Part shown: piece by piece, positions 12,137-22,391 of the stretch
Layout: the number at the start of each line of letters is the position of its first letter
How positions within the stretch are numbered: the first letter of the stretch is position 1
Assembly: GCA_963842945.1 (NCBI GenBank)
Contig: CAWJIM010000021.1
Location: forward strand, 32,001 to 96,000
Length of the DNA stretch: 64,000 nt
Direction of reading: 5' to 3'
Source: an uncultured Gemmatimonadales bacterium
GTDB lineage: Bacteria > Gemmatimonadota > Gemmatimonadetes > Gemmatimonadales > GWC2-71-9
Position numbers and translations under genes: made by a program
The notes under the pieces: model-generated
Database searches by the model: none
Told to the model about the DNA's origin: nothing
What the model saw: only the letters and a program-made list of their open reading frames with translations

Positions 12137-13214
12137 TTAGCCTGCCGGTTCCACCAGAGTCGGGGCCTCCACGCCTTTGAGTCCCTGCCGCACCCAGGAG
12201 GAGAAGACCAGGAACCCGAACGCCAGAGTGAAATAACTCAGGGTCAATCGCCAGATCAGAATGTAGATGGGAGTGAGCTCCCGAGGCACATAGGAGGACA
12301 TCACGGCGGCCGAGAGCAACTCGCCCACACCGGAGGCGCCGGGGGTGGGAGCGAAGTACAAGAGAAACATGACCAGTGTCTGCACCAGCAGGATGTCCAC
12401 GAAGTTCGCGTGGAGACCGAGCGCTCTCAGCGCCACATATCCCGCCAGCAGCTTGTTCGCGTGAGAGGGTCCCGACAGGACGGTGGCCCAGAACAGCGCC
12501 AGCAATCCGCGGAGACTCTTGAAGGCGACCACACTCTCATGGGCCTGATCGATACCGACCTGCAGCTTGGTCAAGCGCGCCGCAAATCGCTGGCTCCGGC
12601 GGCCTATCCATTCTGCCGCCCGATGTATCAGGTCGCGGACGAAGCGAGGGAAAAAGAATACCACCGCCATGAGTACCCCAATTCCGGCGATGATGCTGAG
12701 GCTGCCGAGGAACAGATCGAACAGGGAGAGACCCAGCACATTTCCTCGCTGTCCCAGCGATCGCCCGGCGCCAAAAAACACCGCGAGCGGCCCCGCGATG
12801 GCGAAGAACAGCACAGTGGCCACGAAGCTCATGAAGGTCGACGTGACCGCCACCGGCAGAGGTACCCCGTAGCGGCGCATGGTGTACATCGTCATCGGCC
12901 CCGCCCCGGTGTTGAGCGGGGTGATATAGCCCGCCCAGGCCCCCATACCTCCCGCCAGGATCAGGCCCTTGAGCGGAGGGTTGTGGAAACACATGCCGGG
13001 CCACCACCCAGAGACGGAGTCCTCCGCCGATCCAATCCATCGAGGCCAACCCCAGGCCCACCAGGATCCAGATCCAGTGCAGCCGCCGCACCGCGGCCAG
13101 GAATGCGGGAAGGTCGTTGCCGTAGAGGAGAGTGGCTCCAAAGCCCAGCAGGGACGCGACTGCGAAAACTTCGAAGCCGCGCAGCAGCAGCTTGGGCGTC
13201 AGGAGGCGGGACAT
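12137..13214 (-). CDS. Lysylphosphatidylglycerol synthase TM-domain (flippase-like, UPF0104) protein; frameshift ~12985
   Basis: Multi-TM; ITPLNTGAGP, APTPGASGVGE, LIWRLTLSY. Confidence 0.8.
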
Positions 13215-13228
13215 TGATGAAGAACTTA

Positions 13229-13302
13229 GCGGGGCAGCGGGGCAGCGGGGCAGTGGTGAAGACAGTGAGCTACCGCCTTACCGCCTTACCGGCTTACCGC
13301 CT
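13229..13302. repeat. Intergenic octamer tandem repeats (GCGGGGCA x3; TACCGCCT x4 with one variant)
   Basis: Read directly at 13229-13252 and 13271-13302. Confidence 0.85.
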
Positions 13303-13312
13303 AGGTTTCATC

Positions 13313-16147
13313 ATGCCCGATTCAGTAATCCGTATCGTCAACGCCCGCCAGAACAATCTCCGGAACATCAGTGTCGATCTGCCGCACCGAGCGCTGATTG
13401 TGGTGACGGGTCCAAGCGGGTCAGGTAAGAGCACCCTGGCGTTCGACACCCTCTACGCCGAAGGACAGCGGCGCTATATAGAGTCGCTCTCCACCTATGC
13501 CAAACAGTTCCTGGACCGGATGCCGAAGCCGCTGGTCGACCGGCTGGAGGGGATAGCTCCCGCCGTCGCCATTGAGCAGCGCAATCCCGTGATCTCCAGC
13601 CGCTCCACCGTGGGGACCGCTACCGAGGTCTACGACTACCTCCGCCTGCTCTGGGCCCGGGTAGGACGGTGTTACTGCCGGCGCTGTGGCGGCCCGGTCC
13701 GGAAAGACACGCCTGAGGCTGCGGCGGACGAGGTGGTGGAACAGGGCCAGGGCCGGGTCCAGGTGTGTTTTCCCCTCCCGCCCGTGGCCCGGCTGACCCA
13801 CAGCGCGGTGGTGGAGAATCTCCGGGCGCTCGGCTTTGTGCGGGTGATTGCGGACGGCATCCCCCACCATCTGGAAGATCTGCCTTCGACGCTCGACCTC
13901 ACCCGCGCGAGCGAGCTGCTGGTAGTGGTCGATCGCCTGGTGGCCGAGCCCGGCTCAGTCGGACGGATCTGCGAGGCCATTGCCACGGCCTTCCAGGAGG
14001 GCGAGGGCATCGCCGTGGTATTGCTGGAAGGCTCACCCGCGCCCAGCCGACTGCGATACACCGAGTTTCCCGCCTGTAGCCGCTGCGATACGCCTTCGGT
14101 GATGGTCACCCCAGCGCTGTTCTCCTTCAATAATCCCCGCGGCGCCTGCGCCCACTGCAACGGCTTCGGTGCGGTGCTCGAGTACGATGAATCCCTGATC
14201 GTCTGCGATCCGCAGAAGAGCCTGGCCGAAGGCGCCATCGACCCCTGGACCAAGCCGAGGTACGAGTCTCGCCGCCGGATTCTGCTCGACTTTGCCCGGT
14301 CGATGGGCGCCGATCCCAATAAGCCGTGGTCCAAGCTGAAGGCCGCTCACCGCCGGGAGCTGCTCTATGGTCGGAAAGGGCGATTCGTCGGCATCTTCCC
14401 CTTTCTCAAGGGGCTCGAGGAGAAGCGCTACAAGCAGTACATCCGCGTCTTCCTTCGCCAGTATCAGCTCGCCAAGACCTGTGAGGAGTGCGGCGGCAGC
14501 CGGCTGAACCCCGACGCGCTGGCGATCCGGATCGGCCAGGATACGATCGGATCGGTGGCCGCGCGATCGCTCGAGGCCATTCACCAGTGGGTCCGGCAGC
14601 TCACCCTTACCGAGACCGAGCGCGAGATAGCTCAGCTGATTGTGGACCAGCTCGATGCGCGGCTCAGCTTTCTCTGCGACGTCGGCCTGGGTTATCTCAC
14701 GCTCGACCGGCAGACCCGCACGCTGAGCGGTGGGGAGGCGCAGCGCATTTCTCTCTCCAATGCGCTCGGCGCCAATCTGGTGGATACCCTCTATGTGCTG
14801 GACGAGCCCTCGGTGGGTCTGCACCCTCGGGATACCGACCGGCTGCTCGGGCTGTTGCGGCGGCTGCGAGATGCCGGCAACACGGTACTGGTGGTGGAGC
14901 ACGATCTCGCCGCCATTCAGCAGGCCGACTTCATGCTCGAGCTGGGCCCCGGCTCGGGAGAGAACGGCGGACGAGTGGTCCACGCCGGCCCGGTTCATAC
15001 CGCGAGAACGTCGCTCACCGGACAATATCTCACCGGACAGAAACGGATCGCCGTGCCGAGCATCCGGCGGCCGGCGGGGCCACAGTGGCTCCGGGTACGG
15101 GGCGCCACCCTGCATAACGTGCGGGACGTGGACGTGGATATTCCGCTGGGCTCGCTCACCGCGGTGACCGGCGTCTCCGGCTCCGGCAAGAGCACCCTGC
15201 TCCACGATGTGATCTACCGGCAGCTGGAAGCCCGGCTCCGGGGAGAGCACTCGGCGAAGTCTCACCTGGGCGAGCCGGTGGGACAGGTGCGGTCCCTCAC
15301 CGGCTGGGAATTTCTCCAGGATGTTCTCCTGGTAGATCAATCACCCATCGGCCGCTCGCCCCGGTCCAATCCGGTCACTTACATCCGGGCCTTCGACGAG
15401 ATTCGGGAGCTCTTCGCGGCCCAGCCTCTGGCCCGGCAGCGCAAATACAACTCGGCCACATTTTCATTCAACCTGGCGGGGGGCCGCTGCGAGTCCTGTG
15501 AGGGCGCCGGCCACGTGCAGGTGGAGATGGTTTTTCTGGCGGACGTGTTCGTGCCCTGCGAGGCCTGCGGCGGCTCACGCTATCGGCCCGATGTGCTCGA
15601 CGTGAGAATCCAGGGCCGCTCCATTCACGACGTGCTGCAGTGGACGGTTGACGAGGCGGTGACCCGCTTCCGGCATCAGCCCCGCCTGGGTGCCGCGCTC
15701 TGGCAGCTCCAGCAAGTCGGGCTGGGTTACCTCCGGCTGGGGCAGCCCGCCACCACCCTCTCTGGCGGGGAGGCGCAGCGGCTGAAGATCGCCCGCGAGC
15801 TGCTGCAGGCGGGCAAGCGGGAAGGCCGAAAACTGTACATTCTGGACGAGCCCACCACCGGACTCCATCTCGACGATGTACGGGTGTTGATTCACGTGCT
15901 CGACCGGCTGGTCGATGCCGGCCATACCGTGGTGATCATCGAGCATCACATGGATGTGGTGAAGCGAGCGGACTGGGTGATCGACATGGGGCCCGAGGCC
16001 GGCGCAGCAGGGGGTCTCGTGGTGGGCCAGGGCACCCCGGAGGAGATTGCCGAGCTCGAAAACTCCCACACCGGCCGCTATCTCCAGCCCCTCCTCGCCC
16101 CGCCGGCCTCGGTCCCGCTCAGCCAGTTTGCTTCTACGGGCACTTAA
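13313..16147 (+). CDS. uvrA: Excinuclease ABC subunit A
   Basis: Two ABC ATPase domains (GPSGSGKS, GVSGSGKS, LSGGEAQR x2), zinc fingers, FDTLYAEGQRRY. Confidence 0.97.
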   Translation: MPDSVIRIVNARQNNLRNISVDLPHRALIVVTGPSGSGKSTLAFDTLYAEGQRRYIESLSTYAKQFLDRMPKPLVDRLEGIAPAVAIEQRNPVISSRSTVGTATEVYDYLRLLWARVGRCYCRRCGGPVRKDTPEAAADEVVEQGQGRVQVCFPLPPVARLTHSAVVENLRALGFVRVIADGIPHHLEDLPSTLDLTRASELLVVVDRLVAEPGSVGRICEAIATAFQEGEGIAVVLLEGSPAPSRLRYTEFPACSRCDTPSVMVTPALFSFNNPRGACAHCNGFGAVLEYDESLIVCDPQKSLAEGAIDPWTKPRYESRRRILLDFARSMGADPNKPWSKLKAAHRRELLYGRKGRFVGIFPFLKGLEEKRYKQYIRVFLRQYQLAKTCEECGGSRLNPDALAIRIGQDTIGSVAARSLEAIHQWVRQLTLTETEREIAQLIVDQLDARLSFLCDVGLGYLTLDRQTRTLSGGEAQRISLSNALGANLVDTLYVLDEPSVGLHPRDTDRLLGLLRRLRDAGNTVLVVEHDLAAIQQADFMLELGPGSGENGGRVVHAGPVHTARTSLTGQYLTGQKRIAVPSIRRPAGPQWLRVRGATLHNVRDVDVDIPLGSLTAVTGVSGSGKSTLLHDVIYRQLEARLRGEHSAKSHLGEPVGQVRSLTGWEFLQDVLLVDQSPIGRSPRSNPVTYIRAFDEIRELFAAQPLARQRKYNSATFSFNLAGGRCESCEGAGHVQVEMVFLADVFVPCEACGGSRYRPDVLDVRIQGRSIHDVLQWTVDEAVTRFRHQPRLGAALWQLQQVGLGYLRLGQPATTLSGGEAQRLKIARELLQAGKREGRKLYILDEPTTGLHLDDVRVLIHVLDRLVDAGHTVVIIEHHMDVVKRADWVIDMGPEAGAAGGLVVGQGTPEEIAELENSHTGRYLQPLLAPPASVPLSQFASTGT

Positions 16148-17580
16148 ACCGGTTTCATCTGCGGTTGCAGTTCCTGACCGGCACGGTGGATCAGCGCCCA
16201 GGCTTCATCCATATGCCGCCGACCGGTGAGCCGCTGCCCGATAACCATCCGGATCACGAATTTCCCGTCCAGCTCGGTGTGGGTCAGGTGCACTCGCCCG
16301 CTGGCGTTCACCCGGCTCAGAAGTTCCCGATTGAGCTGATCGAGAGCCGAGGCGTCACTGACGCCTGAGGGATGGTACCGGAAGCACACCAGACCGAAGG
16401 GCACCGGCGCCATCAGCTCGAAGTCCGGGCTCCCCCGGATCCGCTCTGCCAGCTCCTGGGCCAGCGCGACGTGACCTCGGACCAAGGCGCGGAGCCCCTC
16501 AACGCCGTAGCTGCGCAAGACAAACCAGACCTTCAGCGCGCGAAATCGGCGCCCCAGCTGAATCCCCCAGTCCCTGAAGTTCACCACCTGTGGGTCCTGC
16601 GGAGTGCGCAGATACTCCGGGGTTATGCGGAAGGTGCGGAGCAGGGCCTCGCGGTCCCGCACGTAGTAGGCGCTGCAATCGAAGTTGACCAGCATCCACT
16701 TGTGCGGGTTGAGCACGAGACTGTCCGCCTGCTCCATGCCGTTGAAGTAGTGCCGCAACTCGGGAACGATGGCGGCGGTCCCGGCGTAGGCCGCGTCCAC
16801 ATGCAGCCAGATGCCGTGGTGCCGGCACACTTCTCCGATGGCAGGCAGCGGGTCGACGGCCGTGGAAGAGGTGGTACCGACGGTGGCTACCACACAGGCG
16901 GGACGAAAACCCGACGCGAGGTCCGCCGATACGGCGTCGGCCAAAGCATCCGGCCTCATGGCATAGGCGGTATCCACCGGAATCAGCCGCAGCTGATCGA
17001 GTCCGTAGCCGGCAAGCCGTACGCCCTTGGTCACCGAGGAGTGCGCTTGGGCGGAGGCGTACACCGTGAGCCGGCCGGCACCGGCCATTCCGTGCTCGCC
17101 GGCGCCGTACCCGCTTGCCCGCTCCCGCGCCGAGAGCAGAGCCACCAGGGTAGCGGTCGAGGCGGTATCCTGGATTACCCCGATGAACGTGTCGGGAAGC
17201 GCCAGCATCTGCCGAAGCCAATCCATGGTGACCTGCTCCAGCTCGGTTGCGGCGGGCGAGGTCGCCCACGACATGCACTGGGCGCCGAGCGTGGCAGTGA
17301 GCATTTCGGCGAGAATGGACGGCGGACTGTTGTTGCCCGGGAAGTACGCGAACCAGCCGGGGTGATTCCAGTGCGTCATTCCGGGCAGCACGATCGATTG
17401 AAAGTCGGCAAAGAGCTGCGCGAACGGCTCGCCCTGCTCCGGCGGTGACGAGGGAAGCCGGCGGGCGATGTCCCCCGGCGCCACGTCGGGAATGACTGGA
17501 AGCTCGGAGACCCGGTCGAGGTAGTCGGCCATCCAGTCGACCAGCTCGTGCGCGTGCCGGCGAAATTCGTCGGGTTGCAT
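16144..17580 (-). CDS. Aromatic-L-amino-acid decarboxylase family PLP enzyme (group II)
   Basis: PGMTHWNHP, SPAATELE, HVDAAYAG, NPHKW, LGRRFRALK. Confidence 0.92.
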   Translation of the reverse strand: MQPDEFRRHAHELVDWMADYLDRVSELPVIPDVAPGDIARRLPSSPPEQGEPFAQLFADFQSIVLPGMTHWNHPGWFAYFPGNNSPPSILAEMLTATLGAQCMSWATSPAATELEQVTMDWLRQMLALPDTFIGVIQDTASTATLVALLSARERASGYGAGEHGMAGAGRLTVYASAQAHSSVTKGVRLAGYGLDQLRLIPVDTAYAMRPDALADAVSADLASGFRPACVVATVGTTSSTAVDPLPAIGEVCRHHGIWLHVDAAYAGTAAIVPELRHYFNGMEQADSLVLNPHKWMLVNFDCSAYYVRDREALLRTFRITPEYLRTPQDPQVVNFRDWGIQLGRRFRALKVWFVLRSYGVEGLRALVRGHVALAQELAERIRGSPDFELMAPVPFGLVCFRYHPSGVSDASALDQLNRELLSRVNASGRVHLTHTELDGKFVIRMVIGQRLTGRRHMDEAWALIHRAGQELQPQMKPV

Positions 17581-17607
17581 ACTGGATGGTGAACTACTTT
17601 ACAGTCC

Positions 17608-18531
17608 ATGGCAATCTCCGGCCCCGTTCGGCGCCGTTACGGTCTCCTCCGTTCTGCTCGTCCCCTCCGACTCTCCAATGGCCTGGCCTGGATGGCGCTG
17701 GCTCAGCTGTTCTTTGCCGGAATGAACATCTGCACTCGGCTGGGGGCCCGCAGTCTGGTCTGGACCGAGGTAGCCGCCGCGCGATTTCTGGTCGGCGCAC
17801 TCATGGCAGCCGGACTGGGGTTGGTTCGAGGGAGCTCACTTCGGGTCGGCAACCAACCTGCGGCGTGGCGCCGGAGCATTTATGGAACGCTGGCGGCGAT
17901 CTGTACTTTCTACGCGCTGGCTTCCAGTCGGATTGCCCTGGGTGACGCCGCGACTCTCGGAGCAACCGCTCCGATCTTCGTGGTGCTGTTTGCCCGGCCG
18001 CTTCTGGGAGAACGGGTGAGCGCTGCGGAGCTGCTGGCCGTCGCTTTGGGCTTCAGCGGCATAGTTGCGGTTGTGCGTCCCTCGTTTGGCCTGGCCGCGC
18101 CGGTAGCCGCCATTGCGACGGTCGGAGCCGTGTTCTGGGCCCTCGCCATGATCTGGCTACGAAAGATTGGGCCGGGAGAGAGCCACGAGGCGGTAGTACT
18201 CCACTTTTCACTCGTCGCGTTGGTCTCCTTCATAGTGCTCGCCCTGCCCCAGTGGCGCTGGCCCAGCTGGACCGATTCGGCCGTTCTGCTCGGGGCCGGG
18301 CTCGGCGGCGGCCTCGGCCAGGTCACTATGACTCGAGCCTACTCACTGCATCGAGCCGCCCCGGTCAGTGCTCTTTCCGGGCTCGGTCTGGTTCTGACCT
18401 ATGCGCTGGCGCTGCCGGTGTTCGGCGATCGGCCCACCGCCTGGCAAGTCGGCGGATCGTTGCTGGTGGTCGGCGCCAGTGTGCTCCTGGCCGTGAGTCA
18501 CGACCCATTGGAGGCACCGGTCGGGGCCTGA
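17608..18531 (+). CDS. DMT/EamA family transporter
   Basis: About 10 TM helices with two EamA repeats (PLLGERV, VFGDRP). Confidence 0.85.
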   Translation: MAISGPVRRRYGLLRSARPLRLSNGLAWMALAQLFFAGMNICTRLGARSLVWTEVAAARFLVGALMAAGLGLVRGSSLRVGNQPAAWRRSIYGTLAAICTFYALASSRIALGDAATLGATAPIFVVLFARPLLGERVSAAELLAVALGFSGIVAVVRPSFGLAAPVAAIATVGAVFWALAMIWLRKIGPGESHEAVVLHFSLVALVSFIVLALPQWRWPSWTDSAVLLGAGLGGGLGQVTMTRAYSLHRAAPVSALSGLGLVLTYALALPVFGDRPTAWQVGGSLLVVGASVLLAVSHDPLEAPVGA

Positions 18532-18555
18532 GCCGGACTGATATAAGTTTGACCC

Positions 18556-19218
18556 ATGGCTGCCCCCGCACCCGCGGCACACCTCGCCCGTAGCGATGGA
18601 CTGACTTACGATCCCGACGTCGCCTGCAGCCACCTGACCCAGGCCGATCCCCGGCTGGGCGCGCTGATGACCCGGGCTGGTCCCTTTGCCCTGCGGCCGC
18701 GGCCGGCCCAAAGCCTCTTCTCGGCGCTGATGCGATCGATCGTGTACCAGCAGCTGACCGGAAAGGCCGCGGAGACCATACTCGGCCGGGCAATTCGGGC
18801 CTGCGGGCCCGGCCGATTTCCCACTCCACGTCAGGTGCTGGCGATCCCACCCGAGCGTCTGCGCCAGGCCGGGCTCTCCACCGCCAAGACCGCGGCGGTC
18901 CGCGATCTCGCCACCAAGACCCTGGACGGGACCGTCCCTTCCCTCGCCCGCATCCGCCGGATGGAGGACGAGGAAATTATTCAGCGGCTCACCCAGGTTC
19001 GTGGAATCGGCCGCTGGACAGTGGAAATGCTGCTGATGTTCCGGTTGGGACGTCCCGACGTGTTTCCGGTAACCGACCTGGGAGTTCGGAAGGGGTTCGG
19101 CCTGGTGTTTCTGCGAGGCAAACTGCCGGAGCCGGCAACCATGCTGCGACGCGGGGAGCGATGGCGTCCCTACCGCAGTGTCGCCAGCTGGTATCTCTGG
19201 CGTGCACTGGAGTTGTAA
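18556..19218 (+). CDS. alkA: DNA-3-methyladenine glycosylase II (AlkA family)
   Basis: SIVYQQL, HhH motif LTQVRGIGRWT, PDVFPVTDLGVRKG, WRPYRSVASWYLW. Confidence 0.88.
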   Translation: MAAPAPAAHLARSDGLTYDPDVACSHLTQADPRLGALMTRAGPFALRPRPAQSLFSALMRSIVYQQLTGKAAETILGRAIRACGPGRFPTPRQVLAIPPERLRQAGLSTAKTAAVRDLATKTLDGTVPSLARIRRMEDEEIIQRLTQVRGIGRWTVEMLLMFRLGRPDVFPVTDLGVRKGFGLVFLRGKLPEPATMLRRGERWRPYRSVASWYLWRALEL

Positions 19219-19254
19219 GCTGAGTGGGACCGATCACCGCACCTTAGGAGACTC

Positions 19255-20607
19255 ATGAGCGCTCAGGCAACACCAATCACCACTGGTGAAGAGGAACGGT
19301 ACCAGCGTAAGACCGCAGCATCGCGCCGGTTCTTTGCCGAAGCACGGCAGTATATGCCGGGCGGCGACTCGCGGAGCACGCTGTTCTATCGACCGTATCC
19401 GGCGGTAATGGAGCGGGGCGAGGGCTGCTGGCTGGTGGACCTCGATGGAAATCGCCTGCTCGATTTCACCGGCAACCATTCCGTCCTGATTCACGGGTAC
19501 GCTCATCCGGTCATCATGCAAGCCGTCGAGCGCCAGATCCGGAAAGGGACCTGTTTCCCCGGCTCCAGCGAGCCTCAACTCGAGTTCGCCCGGCTGCTGT
19601 GCCAGAGAATGCCGTCGATCGAGCGAATCCGCTTCACCAATTCGGGGACCGAAGCTGCCCTGAATGCCATCCGGGCGGCGCGGGCGTTCACTGGACGGAA
19701 GAAAATCGCGAAGGTCGAAGGCGGGTATCACGGCACCGCCGACGATGTGATGGTGAGCATTCACCCGGCTGCCTCTGAGGCGGGGCAGCGTTCTCGGCCG
19801 CGGCCGACGGCTCACGCCAAGGGACTGCCTCCGGAGGTCGTTGGGAACGTGGTCATCATTCCCTTCAATGACCCGGAGGCCGCCAGACGGGTCATCGAGT
19901 CGGAAGCAAGCGACCTTGCAGCAGTGGTCGTTGAGCCGCTGCTTGGCTCAGCCGGAATGATTCCAGCCGAGCGGGCGTACCTCGAGATGGTGCAGGAGGT
20001 CACCCGGCGTCTGGGGATCCTGCTGGTCCTGGACGAGGTGGTGAGCCTGCGGGTGGCCTACGGCGGCGCCCAGGAGTACTTCGGGCTGCGCCCGGATCTC
20101 ACCATTTTCGGGAAGATGATCGGCGGTGGTTTTCCGCTCGGTGCCTTCGGCGGCCGGGCGGACATCATGGCACTGTTCGACCCCTCGGCCGGCCGCCCGG
20201 TGATTCCTCATCCGGGCAGTCACAACGCCAGTCCCATCGGCATCGTCGCCGGAATGGCCACGCTGGAGCTGCTCACTCGGCCCGTGCTCGATCGCCTCAA
20301 CGCTCGGGCCGAGGCTTTCCGGGCCGATTTGGCGGCAGCGTTCGCCGAAGCGAATGTTCCAGTACAGATCACCGGGCTCGGCTCACTCTTCGCTCTGCAC
20401 CTGACCAGGCAACCGGTGCGGAGCTATCGAGATACCCTCGAGACAGACACCAACCTCCGGCATCAGATCTTTCTCGGACTCTTCAACGAAGGCGTCCTGA
20501 TCGACCCGCGTGGCGTGGGCAACCTTTCCACTGCGCTGGGTGAGGAAGAGATCCAGCAGTTCGGCCGGGCGCTGAGAACTGTGTTTCGCCGGGTGATGTC
20601 CGGCTGA
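19255..20607 (+). CDS. Class III aminotransferase (glutamate-1-semialdehyde aminomutase-like)
   Basis: PGGDSR, RFTNSGTEA, GGYHG, LDEV, FGKMIGGGFPLGAFGG. Confidence 0.9.
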   Translation: MSAQATPITTGEEERYQRKTAASRRFFAEARQYMPGGDSRSTLFYRPYPAVMERGEGCWLVDLDGNRLLDFTGNHSVLIHGYAHPVIMQAVERQIRKGTCFPGSSEPQLEFARLLCQRMPSIERIRFTNSGTEAALNAIRAARAFTGRKKIAKVEGGYHGTADDVMVSIHPAASEAGQRSRPRPTAHAKGLPPEVVGNVVIIPFNDPEAARRVIESEASDLAAVVVEPLLGSAGMIPAERAYLEMVQEVTRRLGILLVLDEVVSLRVAYGGAQEYFGLRPDLTIFGKMIGGGFPLGAFGGRADIMALFDPSAGRPVIPHPGSHNASPIGIVAGMATLELLTRPVLDRLNARAEAFRADLAAAFAEANVPVQITGLGSLFALHLTRQPVRSYRDTLETDTNLRHQIFLGLFNEGVLIDPRGVGNLSTALGEEEIQQFGRALRTVFRRVMSG

Positions 20608-20690
20608 GCCATACCCGACTTGACAGCAGATTTGCTTTTCGGTTTTCTTTCGGGCACAGCTTGGGATGCACCTATGCAAGGAGAAACGCG

Positions 20691-20921
20691 ATGTCCCGCA
20701 AGACTGATAAAAACCGGAATGCAGCGCAGAATCAGTCCAACACCATCAAGGATCCCGACGATTGGACTACCGGTGAGGAGCCAATGACCGGGGCTCAGGA
20801 GTCTTACCTGAACACCCTGGCCACTGAGGCGGGGGAAAACGTCGAGGAGGATCTCACCAAGGCCGAGGCCTCGAAGAAGATCGATGACCTCCGCCACAAG
20901 ACCGGCCGGGGAGAACGCTGA
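20691..20921 (+). CDS. DUF3072 domain protein
   Basis: KDPDDWTTGEEPMTGAQESYL...LTKAEASKKID; AAGGAG RBS. Confidence 0.9.
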   Translation: MSRKTDKNRNAAQNQSNTIKDPDDWTTGEEPMTGAQESYLNTLATEAGENVEEDLTKAEASKKIDDLRHKTGRGER

Positions 20922-20922
20922 G

Positions 20923-21324
20923 CTAGGCTTCGGGCTTCGGCCGGTGGAGCAGTTTGGCCACCTCCTGAGGCGAGAGCCCCACCTCCTGAAGGATCTGTTC
21001 CGTGCTCGGCCGGCTGAAGTCCTCCCTCCGGGCCTCGAAGATCAGTTCATGGGCGTGGGGCCCGTCCAGCGCCTGCTGCTGCCGCAGCACCCACCCGCTT
21101 TCGTCCACGAACAACCGCAGCGCGTGGTCCAACGACTCGAAAGCGTTCTCGCTCCAGCAATGATCCCGGGGATGCCAGAATCGCGTCAGCAGTACTGCCC
21201 CGGCCGGCACCTTCTCGCCTTCCCGCGGCGAGCGGGTCATCACCACAACCCAATGCACCCTGCCGGATCGGGATGAGGCCAGGAGCTCGGCGGCGGTTTG
21301 AACCGCGGGTACCGGCTCAGTCAC
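20923..21324 (-). CDS. Hypothetical protein
   Basis: ORF overlapping the end of the upstream AI-2E gene; plausible globular sequence. Confidence 0.6.
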   Translation of the reverse strand: MTEPVPAVQTAAELLASSRSGRVHWVVVMTRSPREGEKVPAGAVLLTRFWHPRDHCWSENAFESLDHALRLFVDESGWVLRQQQALDGPHAHELIFEARREDFSRPSTEQILQEVGLSPQEVAKLLHRPKPEA

Positions 21325-22387
21325 TCAGCACCTCCGCCAGCCTCGAGCTCGTACTGGAGCGCTCGGCAAAGACTCTGACGGCCGCCAGCAGAGGCACCGC
21401 CACAAACGCGCCCGCCGGCCCCCACAAAAACCAGCCGATGATGACGATGATCAGAACGGCCAACGGATTCAGCTGCAGGCCGCTTCCGTATGCAAATGGG
21501 CTTACCAGGTTGTTCTGTATGCTCGAGATGGTGATGTAGGCGAGCGGAGGCAGAACGATCTGCCCTATGCTATCAAAGGCGGCAAAGGACGCGATCGTGA
21601 TCAAACCTACCATGATCAGCGCGCCTATATAGGGAAGGCATTCCAGCAGAAATGTCAGCACCCCCCAGAGGATCGGTGAGGGCATGCCCAGAGCCATGAA
21701 GACCAGGGCGACTACTACCGCTTGTCCTCCGCTCAGCAGCAGGGTCACCACCAGATACCGCCGCACCACTGACTCAGCCTCGGCTACGGTCTCCTCGCGA
21801 GTTCCTCGCTTCTGCGGCGGCATCAGCAGGGCGAGCTTCCGGCTCAGCAGATCACCCGTCGCAAGCACCACGAACAGGATGACGACGGTTTGGAGCAGCG
21901 TGCTCAGGATCCCGGCTGTGGTCGCGAATACCCGGCCGACGACCGGAGAGATGAAGGAGCCACCATCGGCCGCCGGTGCCTGCGCCCCCTGCTTCTCCTT
22001 CTGTCCCTGTTTCCCCTGCTCTCCCCCCGTCACTTGCTCTTTGGCCTGTTCGACGGCTTGGGAGACCTGTTTGATCGGCTTCCTGAGCTTTTCGATCTTG
22101 CCTCGAGCGGCGGACAGGGTCTGGGGTGCCTCCCGGACCCAGCCTTTCAGCGGCCCGGCCAGGAAATACCCTCCTGCCACCAGCAATCCGAGAATGCCGA
22201 GAGTCACCAGAGTTGCCCCGATGGCATCCGGTACACCAATCCCCGATAGTAGCTGAACGAGCGGCCGAACCAGCGCCGTCATCATCAGCCCGAGTGCAAT
22301 GGGAACGAAGACCTCCTGTCCCAGGTACAAGGCGGCAGCCGCCGCAATCGCCGCGAGTATGCTCAGGCTGGTCGAGCGCGAAGTCAC
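21317..22387 (-). CDS. AI-2E family transporter
   Basis: Multi-TM; LPYIG, NNLVSP, LNPLAV, WGPAGAFVAVPL. Confidence 0.9.
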   Translation of the reverse strand: MTSRSTSLSILAAIAAAAALYLGQEVFVPIALGLMMTALVRPLVQLLSGIGVPDAIGATLVTLGILGLLVAGGYFLAGPLKGWVREAPQTLSAARGKIEKLRKPIKQVSQAVEQAKEQVTGGEQGKQGQKEKQGAQAPAADGGSFISPVVGRVFATTAGILSTLLQTVVILFVVLATGDLLSRKLALLMPPQKRGTREETVAEAESVVRRYLVVTLLLSGGQAVVVALVFMALGMPSPILWGVLTFLLECLPYIGALIMVGLITIASFAAFDSIGQIVLPPLAYITISSIQNNLVSPFAYGSGLQLNPLAVLIIVIIGWFLWGPAGAFVAVPLLAAVRVFAERSSTSSRLAEVLSD

Positions 22388-22391
22388 GGAT

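Noticed and set aside
13229..13302. CRISPR array
   Set aside because: Only 8-bp tandem units without spacers; no cas genes or 25-45-bp repeat-spacer arrays anywhere in the window.
12410..13312. 300-aa N-terminal extension of UvrA
   Set aside because: It is the antisense of the flippase-like gene; UvrA homology begins at ATG 13313.
19255..20607. Calling this gene hemL
   Set aside because: GSA-aminomutase-like, but it has PGGDSR rather than PGGVNSPVR and no hem gene context; left as a class III aminotransferase.
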